Shown here: positions 20,471 to 30,278 of the stretch, piece after piece
How positions within the stretch are numbered: the stretch's first letter is position 1
Layout of the letters: every line of letters starts with the position of its first letter
Source of the DNA: an uncultured Clostridia bacterium
Lineage (GTDB): Bacteria > Bacillota > Clostridia > TANB77 > CAG-465
Assembly (NCBI GenBank): GCA_944388575.1
Contig: CALXJF010000006.1
Location: 781-64,780 of the forward strand
Reading direction: 5' to 3'
DNA: 64,000 nucleotides
Translations under genes and position numbers: made by a program
Notes under the pieces: model-generated
Seen by the model: the letters and a program-made list of their open reading frames with translations, nothing else
The model's database searches: none
Told to the model about the DNA's origin: nothing

Positions 20471-20499
20471 TTGAAAAAAGTTGATATAAATGATATAAT
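20471..20499 (+). promoter_or_regulatory. sigmaA promoter of the wzm-wzt operon
   Basis: TTGAAA-17 nt-TATAAT with TG extension. Confidence 0.7.
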
Positions 20500-20538
20500 A
20501 AGCCTATGTTTTGAAAGAATAATTAAGAGGAGAAGAAA

Positions 20539-21330
20539 ATGGATTTTATAAAAACATTAATAAAAAATAGAAAATTAGCTTTAAAATTAGGAAAAAATGA
20601 TTTTAGAAATAGATTTGCAGGGACAAGTTTAGGTGCAATTTGGGGATTTGTTTCGCCTTTTATATTTATGCTTACGTATGTAATAGTTTTTCAGTATATA
20701 CTAAAAACTGGAAGTGCTGGAATTGACCCATATTTAGTATGGTTCCTTCCTGGAATGTCTATGTGGATGTTCTTAAGTGATAGTATACTAGGTGCAAGTA
20801 GTTCGATAAGGGGATATAGTTATTTAGTAAAAAAAGTTGTTTTTCCAGTTGATATTATACCTATAATTTCACTCACATCGTCAAGTATAGTTGGAATGTT
20901 TTTGTTTTTTATATCAATTGTAGCATGTGCATGTTATGGATACTTTATAAATATTTTTAAATTTATTTATATGTTAATATGTGCGTATGCTTTAGTTATT
21001 GCAATAACAAGATTCACTTCAGCAGTTTCAACATTAGTTCCAGATTTCGGTCAATTATTAAATGTTGTTATGCAACTATGTATGTGGCTTACTCCTATTA
21101 TGTGGAATTTATCAATGTTAAATAATCATCACTTACTTTCTATTGTAATGAGATGTATGCCATTTACTTATCTTGTAACGGGCTTGAGAGAATGTTTTAT
21201 AAATGGAAATATCATAGCTGATAATAATTTTATTTATACTATTGTATTTTGGATAATTGTTTCTTTACTTTTTGCTTGGGGAAATCATATTTTTAAAAAA
21301 AGTAAAAAGGATTTTGCTGATGTACTTTAA
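20539..21330 (+). CDS. wzm: ABC-2 polysaccharide export permease (Wzm/TagG family)
   Basis: DFRNRFAGTSLGAIW, YLVKKVVFP, six TM segments, KKSKKDFADVL. Confidence 0.9.
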   Translation: MDFIKTLIKNRKLALKLGKNDFRNRFAGTSLGAIWGFVSPFIFMLTYVIVFQYILKTGSAGIDPYLVWFLPGMSMWMFLSDSILGASSSIRGYSYLVKKVVFPVDIIPIISLTSSSIVGMFLFFISIVACACYGYFINIFKFIYMLICAYALVIAITRFTSAVSTLVPDFGQLLNVVMQLCMWLTPIMWNLSMLNNHHLLSIVMRCMPFTYLVTGLRECFINGNIIADNNFIYTIVFWIIVSLLFAWGNHIFKKSKKDFADVL

Positions 21331-21347
21331 TTAGGAGTGATATTAAA

Positions 21348-22325
21348 ATGGAATGTGTAGATGTTTTACTTGCAACTTATAATGGTGAGAAATATTTAAG
21401 AGAGCTATTAGATTCTATTGTTAATCAGTCATATAAGAATATAAGAATATTAATATGTGATGATTGCTCAACAGATCAAACATATGAAGTCTTAAAAAAA
21501 TTTGGCAATAAAGATAAAAGAATAGTGTTATTTAAAAATGAAATTAATATAGGTTCAGATAAAACATTTGAATATTTAATGAGTAAAGTTGAAAGTAATT
21601 TCTTTATGATTGCTGATCAAGATGATGTCTGGTATTTGGATAAAATTGAAATGAGCTTGAAAAAACTATATGAAGAAGATGCTGATTTAGTATTTACTGA
21701 TTTAGAAGTTGTTGATAAAAATTTAAACTTGATTTCTAATTCTTTTAATAAAACTATGAAATATAATTACAAAATCAAAAAATATATAAATGATGGATAT
21801 AAAATGGAGTTGTTATCTAATGTTATAACAGGTTGTACAATACTTGCTAAAAAGAAATGGATAAATAGTTTTTTACCAATTCCAAATAATAAGAATATAC
21901 TTTATGATTATTGGATTGGTCTTGTTATAGCTTTGAATGGAAAATTAGCATATCTAGATAAACCAACATTAAAATATAGACAACATGAAAATAACCAAGT
22001 TGGTACAAAAAAATATACTGATACCCTTGATACATTTGAGAAAGTTAGAGAATATTTAATAGATTTAAGAATACAAAACTTTGAAACTTTTATAGAGCGA
22101 GAAAATATATTTAATGAATCACAAAAGAAAAATAATATTTTGGCGTTAAATTATTATAAAACTATAAAATTTAAAAAATATATAAACTTTAATAGTATTA
22201 TAAAGTTTCATAATTTATATAAATATGAAAGAATTGGTGTGTATTTACCATTACTTTTTATTATGAATTTTCCTTCCATCGCTAAGCTGATATATAATTT
22301 TAGAAATTTAATAAAAAGGATGTGA
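21348..22325 (+). CDS. GT2 glycosyltransferase, RgpB/GacC-like (probable rhamnosyltransferase)
   Basis: VLLATYNGEKYL, DDCSTD, ADQDDVW..DK, TGCT, YRQHENNQVG. Confidence 0.8.
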   Translation: MECVDVLLATYNGEKYLRELLDSIVNQSYKNIRILICDDCSTDQTYEVLKKFGNKDKRIVLFKNEINIGSDKTFEYLMSKVESNFFMIADQDDVWYLDKIEMSLKKLYEEDADLVFTDLEVVDKNLNLISNSFNKTMKYNYKIKKYINDGYKMELLSNVITGCTILAKKKWINSFLPIPNNKNILYDYWIGLVIALNGKLAYLDKPTLKYRQHENNQVGTKKYTDTLDTFEKVREYLIDLRIQNFETFIERENIFNESQKKNNILALNYYKTIKFKKYINFNSIIKFHNLYKYERIGVYLPLLFIMNFPSIAKLIYNFRNLIKRM

Positions 22326-23680
22326 GTTATTTAATGAATAACACAAAAGTAGAAAATCATGAAAATGTTATTGAAATAAAAGATTTGACTAAAGAGTATA
22401 AAATGTTTGCCAGAAAACGTGATAGGCTAATTGAGACTATATTTCCTTCAATTAAAAAGCATGGAGTCTTTAGAGCAATGGATAATTTGAACTTAGAATT
22501 GAAAAAAGGTGAAGTATTAGGAATATTAGGGAAGAATGGAGCTGGTAAATCTACTTTACTTAAAATGATAACTGGAGTAGTAATTCCTACTAGTGGAGAA
22601 ATAAACATTAATGGAAAAATTAGTTCATTGCTAGAATTAGGCACTGCATTTAACCCTGAACTTACAGGAATGGAAAATATTTATCAGCATGGACAAGTAA
22701 TGGGCTTGACTGATGAGCAAATAAAAGCAAAAGAGAAAGAAATAATTGAATTTGCAGATATAGGTGATCATTTGTTTCAACCTGTAAAAACTTATTCGTC
22801 AGGTATGTTTGCTAGATTGGCTTTTGCATGTGCAATAAATGTTGATCCAGATATATTAATAGTTGATGAAGTATTATCTGTAGGGGATATGGCATTTCAA
22901 TTGAAATGTTTTAAAAAATTTGAGCAATTCAAAAAGAAAAACAAGACCATTATTTTTGTTTCACATAGTGTGACCGATATACTTAAAAATTGTAACAGGG
23001 CAATTATTCTTGATGCTGGTAGAAAAATTTTTGATGGAGATGTAAAAGAAGGTGTAGAAAAATATAAGAGAATTATTGTAGGAATGGATGCTCGTCAATC
23101 AAAGCAAGGAATATTAACTGATGCACAAGCTTTAAAACAAAATAAGAATTATATAGAAAATCCAGCAATAAAAAATGATGTTGTTTGGAAAGATCATTTT
23201 ACTCAAAATGATAATATTATAGAGTATGGTAATAAAATGGCTGAAGTTATTGACTATGGGATTTTTGATACGAATAATAATTATATTAATGTGATTGAAA
23301 ATGATAAAGAGGTGGTTTTAAAATCTAAAATATTGTTTAATGAAGATGTATCAGATCCAATTTTTACAATGACTGTTAAGAATTTTAATGGTATTGAAAT
23401 TTGTGGAACAAATACTTTAATTGAAAAAGTGTATACGGGTGAATTTAAAAAAGGTGACATAGTAGTTGTTGAATTTAAGCAAAAAATGCCGATTGCACCT
23501 AATAAATATACAATTTCTTTTAGCTGTACACATTTTAATTCAAAGGGAGAATTGGAAGTTTTGAATAGAAAATATGATGCATTACTAGTTGAGGTATTGT
23601 CTACTAAAGATTACGTTGGGATGGTAGTACTTGATTCACATATTTCCTTTAATACAATTAATGAGAGGGGTAAAAAGTAG
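22322..23680 (+). CDS. wzt: ABC polysaccharide export ATPase with C-terminal Wzt_C carbohydrate-binding domain
   Basis: GKNGAGKST, YSSGMFARL, ILIVDEVLSVGD, VSHS; about 200-aa C-terminal beta-rich extension. Confidence 0.92.
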   Translation: MSYLMNNTKVENHENVIEIKDLTKEYKMFARKRDRLIETIFPSIKKHGVFRAMDNLNLELKKGEVLGILGKNGAGKSTLLKMITGVVIPTSGEININGKISSLLELGTAFNPELTGMENIYQHGQVMGLTDEQIKAKEKEIIEFADIGDHLFQPVKTYSSGMFARLAFACAINVDPDILIVDEVLSVGDMAFQLKCFKKFEQFKKKNKTIIFVSHSVTDILKNCNRAIILDAGRKIFDGDVKEGVEKYKRIIVGMDARQSKQGILTDAQALKQNKNYIENPAIKNDVVWKDHFTQNDNIIEYGNKMAEVIDYGIFDTNNNYINVIENDKEVVLKSKILFNEDVSDPIFTMTVKNFNGIEICGTNTLIEKVYTGEFKKGDIVVVEFKQKMPIAPNKYTISFSCTHFNSKGELEVLNRKYDALLVEVLSTKDYVGMVVLDSHISFNTINERGKK

Positions 23681-24600
23681 TGAAAAAGAGGGTGGATTTT
23701 AAAAAGATATTTATAAGAGCAATTTTATTTTTAGTTTTAATTGTTATATGTACAATTTCTGTTTTAGGTATTATGCAAAGAACCGGAATTGAATTTACTC
23801 AACTAGCTTCTTCTACTTCTAGTCAATCAATGGGATATGTAATTAAAACCAAAAATGGAAAAGTTATTGTAATTGATGGTGGTGTAGAAGAAGATTCAGA
23901 TAATTTGTTAAGATATATTAATGAATATGGTGGAAAAGTCGACGCTTGGTATATAACTCATCCTCATGTTAATAATATGGGAGCTTTCTGTAATATAATT
24001 TCTAAAAATATTGATTTTCCTGTAAAAAATATATATGTATCTTTAAATGATAAAGAATGGTATGAAAAATATACTGATGATAATACTATTAATGAAGTAA
24101 GAAAGTTTTTTGATGTTATTGAAAATGATAAAATAAAAAATAAGATTAATTATGTTTTTGCTGGACAAATTATGGAATATGATAATTTAAGTATCGAAGT
24201 ATTAGGAGAAAAAAATGAAGATATTACATCAAATAGTGTAAATAATAGTAGTATGGTCTTAAAATTACAAGTAAATGATAAATCAATTTTAATTTTAGGT
24301 GATGCTGGTGCTGAAGCTGGAATAAAATTATTGAAAAATGTACAATATGAGAAAATTAAAAGTGATTATGTTCAAGTGGCACATTATGGTCACAATGGTG
24401 TAGAATTACAATTTTATGATATAGTTAATCCTAGGTATTGTTTGTGGTCTATGTCAATAGATTTATCAAATAATGACTCTAGTAACGATAAAAAATCAGA
24501 AAATTTGAATATTAAAGAGACATATGAATATATTTGTAACTTAGGCGTCCAAAAACATTATTTTGCTAAAAATGGAAATAAAACATTAAAAATTTGGTGA
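23680..24600 (+). CDS. Membrane-anchored MBL-fold (ComEC/Pce-like) protein with degenerate metal site
   Basis: N-terminal TM; VIVIDGG, THPHVNNMG, NNSSMVL, ILGDAG, VAHYG. Confidence 0.7.
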   Translation: MKKRVDFKKIFIRAILFLVLIVICTISVLGIMQRTGIEFTQLASSTSSQSMGYVIKTKNGKVIVIDGGVEEDSDNLLRYINEYGGKVDAWYITHPHVNNMGAFCNIISKNIDFPVKNIYVSLNDKEWYEKYTDDNTINEVRKFFDVIENDKIKNKINYVFAGQIMEYDNLSIEVLGEKNEDITSNSVNNSSMVLKLQVNDKSILILGDAGAEAGIKLLKNVQYEKIKSDYVQVAHYGHNGVELQFYDIVNPRYCLWSMSIDLSNNDSSNDKKSENLNIKETYEYICNLGVQKHYFAKNGNKTLKIW

Positions 24601-24622
24601 TAATTTTTTAAGGAGATTAACT

Positions 24623-26449
24623 ATGAATTTAAAAATAGATGATTCTTTACAAGATTACTTTTATGGTGGTTTTTCTAAAGAGAATGAAAAAAAAATAGTA
24701 GATAAGTATATCAATATTATTAGTAATAGTGAAATGTATGAAAATAGTATTAATAAATTAAGTAATGTAGAAGAATTGTACCATTTATCTTCTATAGGAC
24801 AAAATATAATCAGTTGGTATCCATTTTCTAATAATGCTAATGTATTAGTTATTGGAGGGGGATTAGGAAATATAGTTGAATATTTATGCGCTAAGGGGCT
24901 GAATGTAACATGTGTTGAGCCTGTAAAGTTTAGAGCTACTGCAATAGCCAAAAGATGTTCTAAGTATGAAAAATTGAATGTTATATGTTCATTATTGAAT
25001 AAATCAAATATTTCTATAAAATTTGATTATATAATCTTAATTAACAATTTGGAATATTGGAATGAAATAATGGGAGAAAATATTACGTTAAATGCTTTCT
25101 TAAAATATGTGATTAATTTGTTAAAAAGTGATGGAAGATTACTTATGACTTTTAATAATTCAAATTCACTAAAAAGAGTGTTTAATTTTACTACGAATCA
25201 TTTTCTTACTTCCCAAAATACCTTTTCAAAAGAATTTATTATTAATACCTTAGATGGCTTAGGTTTAAAGTCAAGACATATTTATTATCCATTACCTAAT
25301 GCTATTTTACCAAATGTAATATTTTCTGACTATATGTTACCAGATAGTAGTAGTATAGAAAAATTTGTTAGTTATTATGATAATGGAAGTATTGAGACAT
25401 TTAATGAGATAGATGCGTTTAGAACAATTATCAATATTGATCCTAATATATTTGCTAATTTTTCAAATTCTTTTTTGATTGATGCTGGAAAAGAAAAATC
25501 CATTCAAAAGTACTTTTTTATTTCTTTTAATAACATTAGAAAAGAAAAGTATAGATTAATTACTAAAATATCTAATGAATATGTTGAAAAAGAACCTATA
25601 AATAATATTTCAAAACAACATTTTTTAGATTATACTAGAAACATCAGCATAATTAAAAATGAAAATAAAAATATATTAGATGAGTTTAAAAATGAGAAAA
25701 TTATAAGTAAATATATAGATCAGAAATATATGGTTAAAGGTATTCTTTTAGATTTGTTAAAAGAAAGTAATATAACTGAATTTTATAAGTTATTTGATGA
25801 ATTTATTGATTATATAAAAACACCTAAAAAGAATTTAAGTGATATAAAAGAAAAGGACATATTTGGTAAATATAATATAAATATCGAGCAAAGTGTAAGA
25901 GAAGAATTACATATGGTTAATAATGGATTTTGGGATATGACAATGAATAATTGCTTTTATATTAATGATAAATTTTATTTTTTTGATCAAGAGTGGAGAG
26001 AGGATAATATTCCATTAGAATATATTATTTTTAAAAATATTTATTATAATAATTCCTTTGATGAATATGTTTCAAAAATGGATTTATATAAACATTTTAA
26101 AATAGAAGAATATATAGAGATATTTATCAAATTAGATGAAAAAATTCAGGATGAAATAAAAGACAAAAAAAATTGGGATTTTTATACTAAAGATTTTCAT
26201 CAAAATGTATGTACTCTTGTTAATGAATTCAAAAATCAAAGCAACGAATTTGATAATTATAAGAAAATCACAGAAGATTTAATAAAAGAAAAAGATAATG
26301 AAATAAAGAATTGTAATATCAGATTAGAAAATAGCCGAAAAAGAATAGAAGAACAAGAAAGAATTATAAATAAATCTTTTATGATTAAAACTTATAAATA
26401 TGTAAAAAATATACTAAAAGGAGATAGCAAAAATGAAGAAAAAAATTGA
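24623..26449 (+). CDS. Class I SAM methyltransferase-like + kinase-like + coiled-coil protein (WbdD-like architecture)
   Basis: YHLS..NIISWYPF, VLVIGGGLG, VTCVEP; C-half WDMTMNN..FFDQEW; terminal heptad-rich segment. Confidence 0.6.
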   Translation: MNLKIDDSLQDYFYGGFSKENEKKIVDKYINIISNSEMYENSINKLSNVEELYHLSSIGQNIISWYPFSNNANVLVIGGGLGNIVEYLCAKGLNVTCVEPVKFRATAIAKRCSKYEKLNVICSLLNKSNISIKFDYIILINNLEYWNEIMGENITLNAFLKYVINLLKSDGRLLMTFNNSNSLKRVFNFTTNHFLTSQNTFSKEFIINTLDGLGLKSRHIYYPLPNAILPNVIFSDYMLPDSSSIEKFVSYYDNGSIETFNEIDAFRTIINIDPNIFANFSNSFLIDAGKEKSIQKYFFISFNNIRKEKYRLITKISNEYVEKEPINNISKQHFLDYTRNISIIKNENKNILDEFKNEKIISKYIDQKYMVKGILLDLLKESNITEFYKLFDEFIDYIKTPKKNLSDIKEKDIFGKYNINIEQSVREELHMVNNGFWDMTMNNCFYINDKFYFFDQEWREDNIPLEYIIFKNIYYNNSFDEYVSKMDLYKHFKIEEYIEIFIKLDEKIQDEIKDKKNWDFYTKDFHQNVCTLVNEFKNQSNEFDNYKKITEDLIKEKDNEIKNCNIRLENSRKRIEEQERIINKSFMIKTYKYVKNILKGDSKNEEKN

Positions 26450-28574
26450 TATTTATAGTAATAAACTAAAAAAATTAAATATTCAAAATCCTAAAAAAAT
26501 AAGTGTAATTATTCCTAATTATAATTATGCGAATTATGTTATTGAGAGAATAGATTCTATACTTTTACAAACGTATCCAATTTATGAATTAATTATTCTT
26601 GATGACTGTTCAACTGATAATAGTTGTGAAGTTATCGAAAATAAAATAGAGCAAATAAAAAAAGAAAAACCTAATTTGAAAATATCATTTATAAAAAATG
26701 AAAAAAATAGTGGTGGATGTGTATTTAAACAATGGCAAAAGGGTTTTGAGGCTGCAAGTGGGGATTATATTTGGATTGCAGAAGCTGATGATAGTGCAAA
26801 AAATAATTTTGTAGAAGAAGTTATAAAAGGTTTTCAAGATCCAGATGTAGTATTATCATATTGTGAATCTGCAAGAATAGATGGAAATAATTTCTTGATA
26901 AGATCTAAATCTGATGATTTGTACGATATGTGTAGAACAGGTGAATGGAATCAATCTTATATAATTGATGGGAAAGATGAAATTATAAATCATTTAAGTG
27001 TTACAAATACTATATTAAATGTTTCTAGTGTTATGTGGAAAAAAAATGATTATAGTGAGATTTTCCAAGAAGCAGGCAATTACAGAGTAGCTGGTGACTG
27101 GTTTATATACTATAATATTTTAAGGAATGGTAAAATATGTTGGAATTGTAAACCATTAAATTATTATAGAAAACACGGTAGTTCAGTTTGTACTGATATT
27201 AAGGCTGAAATCGAATTTAATGAAATATGTAAAATTCAAAATCAAATATCTCAAATATATGAATTACCAAAAGAAATAAAGGAAAAACAGGAATTAAGGA
27301 GAAGCTTTATGTATCCGTTATTAAATAAAAAAGAAAATGATGATGGTAGAAAAAAAATAGCATGGGTTATGCCTCATCCAGGTAAAGGTTCTGGTGGTCA
27401 TAGAACAATAATTCAAAATGTCAATGCACTTATAGCTAAAGGATATGTTTGTGATATTTATGTAGAAGAAAATGGTTTTTCAACTAATGAAACTGTAAAA
27501 AAACAAATAAATGATTATTATGGGAAATGTGATGCAGAAGTATATGTTGGTATCGATATGAAGAAAGATTACGATCTAGTTTTTGCAACTGGTTGGACAA
27601 CTACTGAATTTGTAAAATATATAAAAGCTAAAAATAAAGGGTATTTTATACAAGATTTTGAACCTTGGTTTTTTGCTATGGGTGATCAGTATTTAATAAC
27701 TGAAAATTCATATAGATATGGATTTAAATGTGCAACAATTGGAAGATGGCTAGCACATAAGATGTCATCTGAATTTGGAAATCCAGTTCAATATTTTGAT
27801 TTTTGTGCAGATTTAAATAAGTATAAAAAACTTGAGAACATAAAAAAAGAAAATGCTATATGTTTTATTTATCAGCCAGAAAAACCGAGAAGATGCGATT
27901 ATATAGGTTTAAAAGCTTTAAAAATTGTTAAAACAATTATGCCTGATTTAAAAATTTATTTGTATGGTTCAAATTTCCCTGCAAATTTTGATTTTGAATG
28001 TAAGAATTTACATATAATACCTGTTGAAAAATGCAATGAATTATACAATAAGTGTAAAGTTGGAATATGTATGAGTGCATCGAATCCATCTAGGATACCT
28101 TTTGAAATGATGGCTTCAGGGTTACCGGTTGTGGAGCTATATCGTGAAAATAATGTATATGATATACCTGATGGAGGTGCTTTACTTGCTGAACCTACTC
28201 CTGGTGCAATAGCTAGTGCAATTATTACAATATTAAAAGACGAAAATTTACAAAAACAAATGTCTGAGTTTGGAATAGAATATATGAAAAATTATCCACT
28301 TGAAAAAGGATTCGAACAATTTGTAGCTGCTGTTGATAAAATGTTAGACGAAAATTATGATAAAGTACCAACCATAGAAAAGCTTTACAAAAAAGAAGCT
28401 TTTAAAGAGCTAGAAGAAATAAAAACAGTTGCAGATAATATTACAAAGCCTAATATATATATTGATAATAGTAGTAAATTTACAAAATTTAAGAGAAGGA
28501 TTAAACGAATTCCTTCATTGATTAAATCTAGATTAAAAAAATATATTAATAAGTTTAGAAAAGGAAGTAAATAA
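26433..28574 (+). CDS. Two-domain glycosyltransferase: GT2 + WsaF-like GT4 (probable rhamnosyltransferase)
   Basis: GT2: IIPNYNY, LDDCSTD, IWIAEADD; WsaF-like: GSGGHRTI, YFIQDFEPWF, KPRRC, PSRIPFEMMASGLPVV. Confidence 0.8.
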   Translation: MKKKIDIYSNKLKKLNIQNPKKISVIIPNYNYANYVIERIDSILLQTYPIYELIILDDCSTDNSCEVIENKIEQIKKEKPNLKISFIKNEKNSGGCVFKQWQKGFEAASGDYIWIAEADDSAKNNFVEEVIKGFQDPDVVLSYCESARIDGNNFLIRSKSDDLYDMCRTGEWNQSYIIDGKDEIINHLSVTNTILNVSSVMWKKNDYSEIFQEAGNYRVAGDWFIYYNILRNGKICWNCKPLNYYRKHGSSVCTDIKAEIEFNEICKIQNQISQIYELPKEIKEKQELRRSFMYPLLNKKENDDGRKKIAWVMPHPGKGSGGHRTIIQNVNALIAKGYVCDIYVEENGFSTNETVKKQINDYYGKCDAEVYVGIDMKKDYDLVFATGWTTTEFVKYIKAKNKGYFIQDFEPWFFAMGDQYLITENSYRYGFKCATIGRWLAHKMSSEFGNPVQYFDFCADLNKYKKLENIKKENAICFIYQPEKPRRCDYIGLKALKIVKTIMPDLKIYLYGSNFPANFDFECKNLHIIPVEKCNELYNKCKVGICMSASNPSRIPFEMMASGLPVVELYRENNVYDIPDGGALLAEPTPGAIASAIITILKDENLQKQMSEFGIEYMKNYPLEKGFEQFVAAVDKMLDENYDKVPTIEKLYKKEAFKELEEIKTVADNITKPNIYIDNSSKFTKFKRRIKRIPSLIKSRLKKYINKFRKGSK

Positions 28575-30259
28575 TGAATATTATTGTATTTATAAAAAGA
28601 ATATTTAAATATTTAAGAACACATTCAATAAAGCAAATAATAAAAAGAATTTTAGGGATTAAGCCAAACTATAGTGAAGAAGTAGAATATGAGATATGGA
28701 TTGATAATAACGAACCTAAAAAAACACAAATTAATGAAATAGAAAAGTTTATTCCTAAATATAAATATAAATTTTTGTTTTTAGTTAAATCTAACTTTAA
28801 TGAAGATTTAATTAATTCAATAAATAGTCAGACATATTCATATTATGAAATTGTTAAATATTCTGAAAATATTGAAATTGAAAATTTAGTAGCCAAATCT
28901 GATGCAGATTATGTTATATTAATTAAGAACGAGTGTATTATTTCTGAAATAATGTTATATGAATTTTTAATAAAAATAGATTCGTGTCGTTGTGATGTAA
29001 TATATAGTGATTCTGATATAATTGAAAAGATTTATGATGAAAATAATAAAGTTATAACAAAAAGAATGAAACCTATATTTAAACCAGATTTTGCTATAGA
29101 TACTTTAAGGTCAAAAAATTATATAGGAAATTGCATTGCTGTAAAAAAAGAAAAGCTCGCTAGTACCATAAAACTAAACTATAATCTAAATGAGATAATT
29201 CTTGATTTAGTTTTTAAGGCTTATGAAAATAATTTAAATATTGTACATATCCCTAAAATACTATATCATGATATAAAAACAGATAATAAAGAGGATTACA
29301 ATGAAGAGTTGACCATAATAGATGAACATTTAAAAAGATCTGGTTTGAGTGCTAAAGTTGAATATGGTAAACATGTAGGTCAATTTCATATTAAATATAA
29401 TCTAAAAAATGATGATGATAAAGTTTCTATTATAATACCAAATATGGATCATATTGAGGATTTAAAAAAATGTATTGAATCGATACAACAATCAACATAT
29501 AAGAACTTTGAAATAATAATTGTAGAAAATAATAGTAAAAAAGCTGAAACTTTTGAGTATTATAAAAAGCTTAATAATGAAAAAAATATTATTATCGAAA
29601 AATTTAAAATTTCATATTTTAATTTTTCTGATATTGTAAATTATGGGGTATCGAAAGCTTCAGGCAAATATATCATTTTATTAAACAATGATATTAAAAT
29701 AATCAATAAAAACTGGATTGAGGAAATGTTAATGTATGCTCAAAGAGAAGATGTCGGTATAGTTGGAGCAAAGCTATTATTTAGTGATGATTCTATACAA
29801 CACGCTGGTGTTGTAATAGGAATTAGGGGATTAGCAGGACACTTATATAGAGAAGTATCCAAAGAAAATATGGCTAAATATCCTGATATTGATTTAGTTC
29901 AAAATATGTCAGCAGTTACTGCCGCATGTTTTATGGTAAGAAAAGAATTATATGATTTAGTATGGGGATTTGATTCAAGTTTTGCTGTAAATTTCAATGA
30001 TGTGGATTTTTGCATGAAAATAAGAGAAAAAGGATACTATATAGTCTATAATCCAAATATAGAAGCATATCACTATGAGTCAAAATCTAGAGGTGTAGAC
30101 ACCGAAAATTCTGAGAAACAAAAAAGATTTGAAAATGAGTATAATATGTTTGTCAAAAGATGGAAAAAAGAAATAGTTCAAGGCGATCCATATTATAATA
30201 AGAATTATAGACTTGATATTGACATTCCAAAAATAAATTATAATAAAATAATGTATTAA
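28574..30259 (+). CDS. Tandem-GT2 glycosyltransferase (RgpE/WsaE-like)
   Basis: Degenerate N-terminal GT2 (VIYSDSD, FKPDF); intact C-terminal GT2 (VSIIIPN.D, LLNND, QHAGV, SAVTAACF, NDVDFC, HYESKSRG). Confidence 0.82.
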   Translation: MNIIVFIKRIFKYLRTHSIKQIIKRILGIKPNYSEEVEYEIWIDNNEPKKTQINEIEKFIPKYKYKFLFLVKSNFNEDLINSINSQTYSYYEIVKYSENIEIENLVAKSDADYVILIKNECIISEIMLYEFLIKIDSCRCDVIYSDSDIIEKIYDENNKVITKRMKPIFKPDFAIDTLRSKNYIGNCIAVKKEKLASTIKLNYNLNEIILDLVFKAYENNLNIVHIPKILYHDIKTDNKEDYNEELTIIDEHLKRSGLSAKVEYGKHVGQFHIKYNLKNDDDKVSIIIPNMDHIEDLKKCIESIQQSTYKNFEIIIVENNSKKAETFEYYKKLNNEKNIIIEKFKISYFNFSDIVNYGVSKASGKYIILLNNDIKIINKNWIEEMLMYAQREDVGIVGAKLLFSDDSIQHAGVVIGIRGLAGHLYREVSKENMAKYPDIDLVQNMSAVTAACFMVRKELYDLVWGFDSSFAVNFNDVDFCMKIREKGYYIVYNPNIEAYHYESKSRGVDTENSEKQKRFENEYNMFVKRWKKEIVQGDPYYNKNYRLDIDIPKINYNKIMY

Positions 30260-30278
30260 AATGTAAGGTGGGAAGTAC

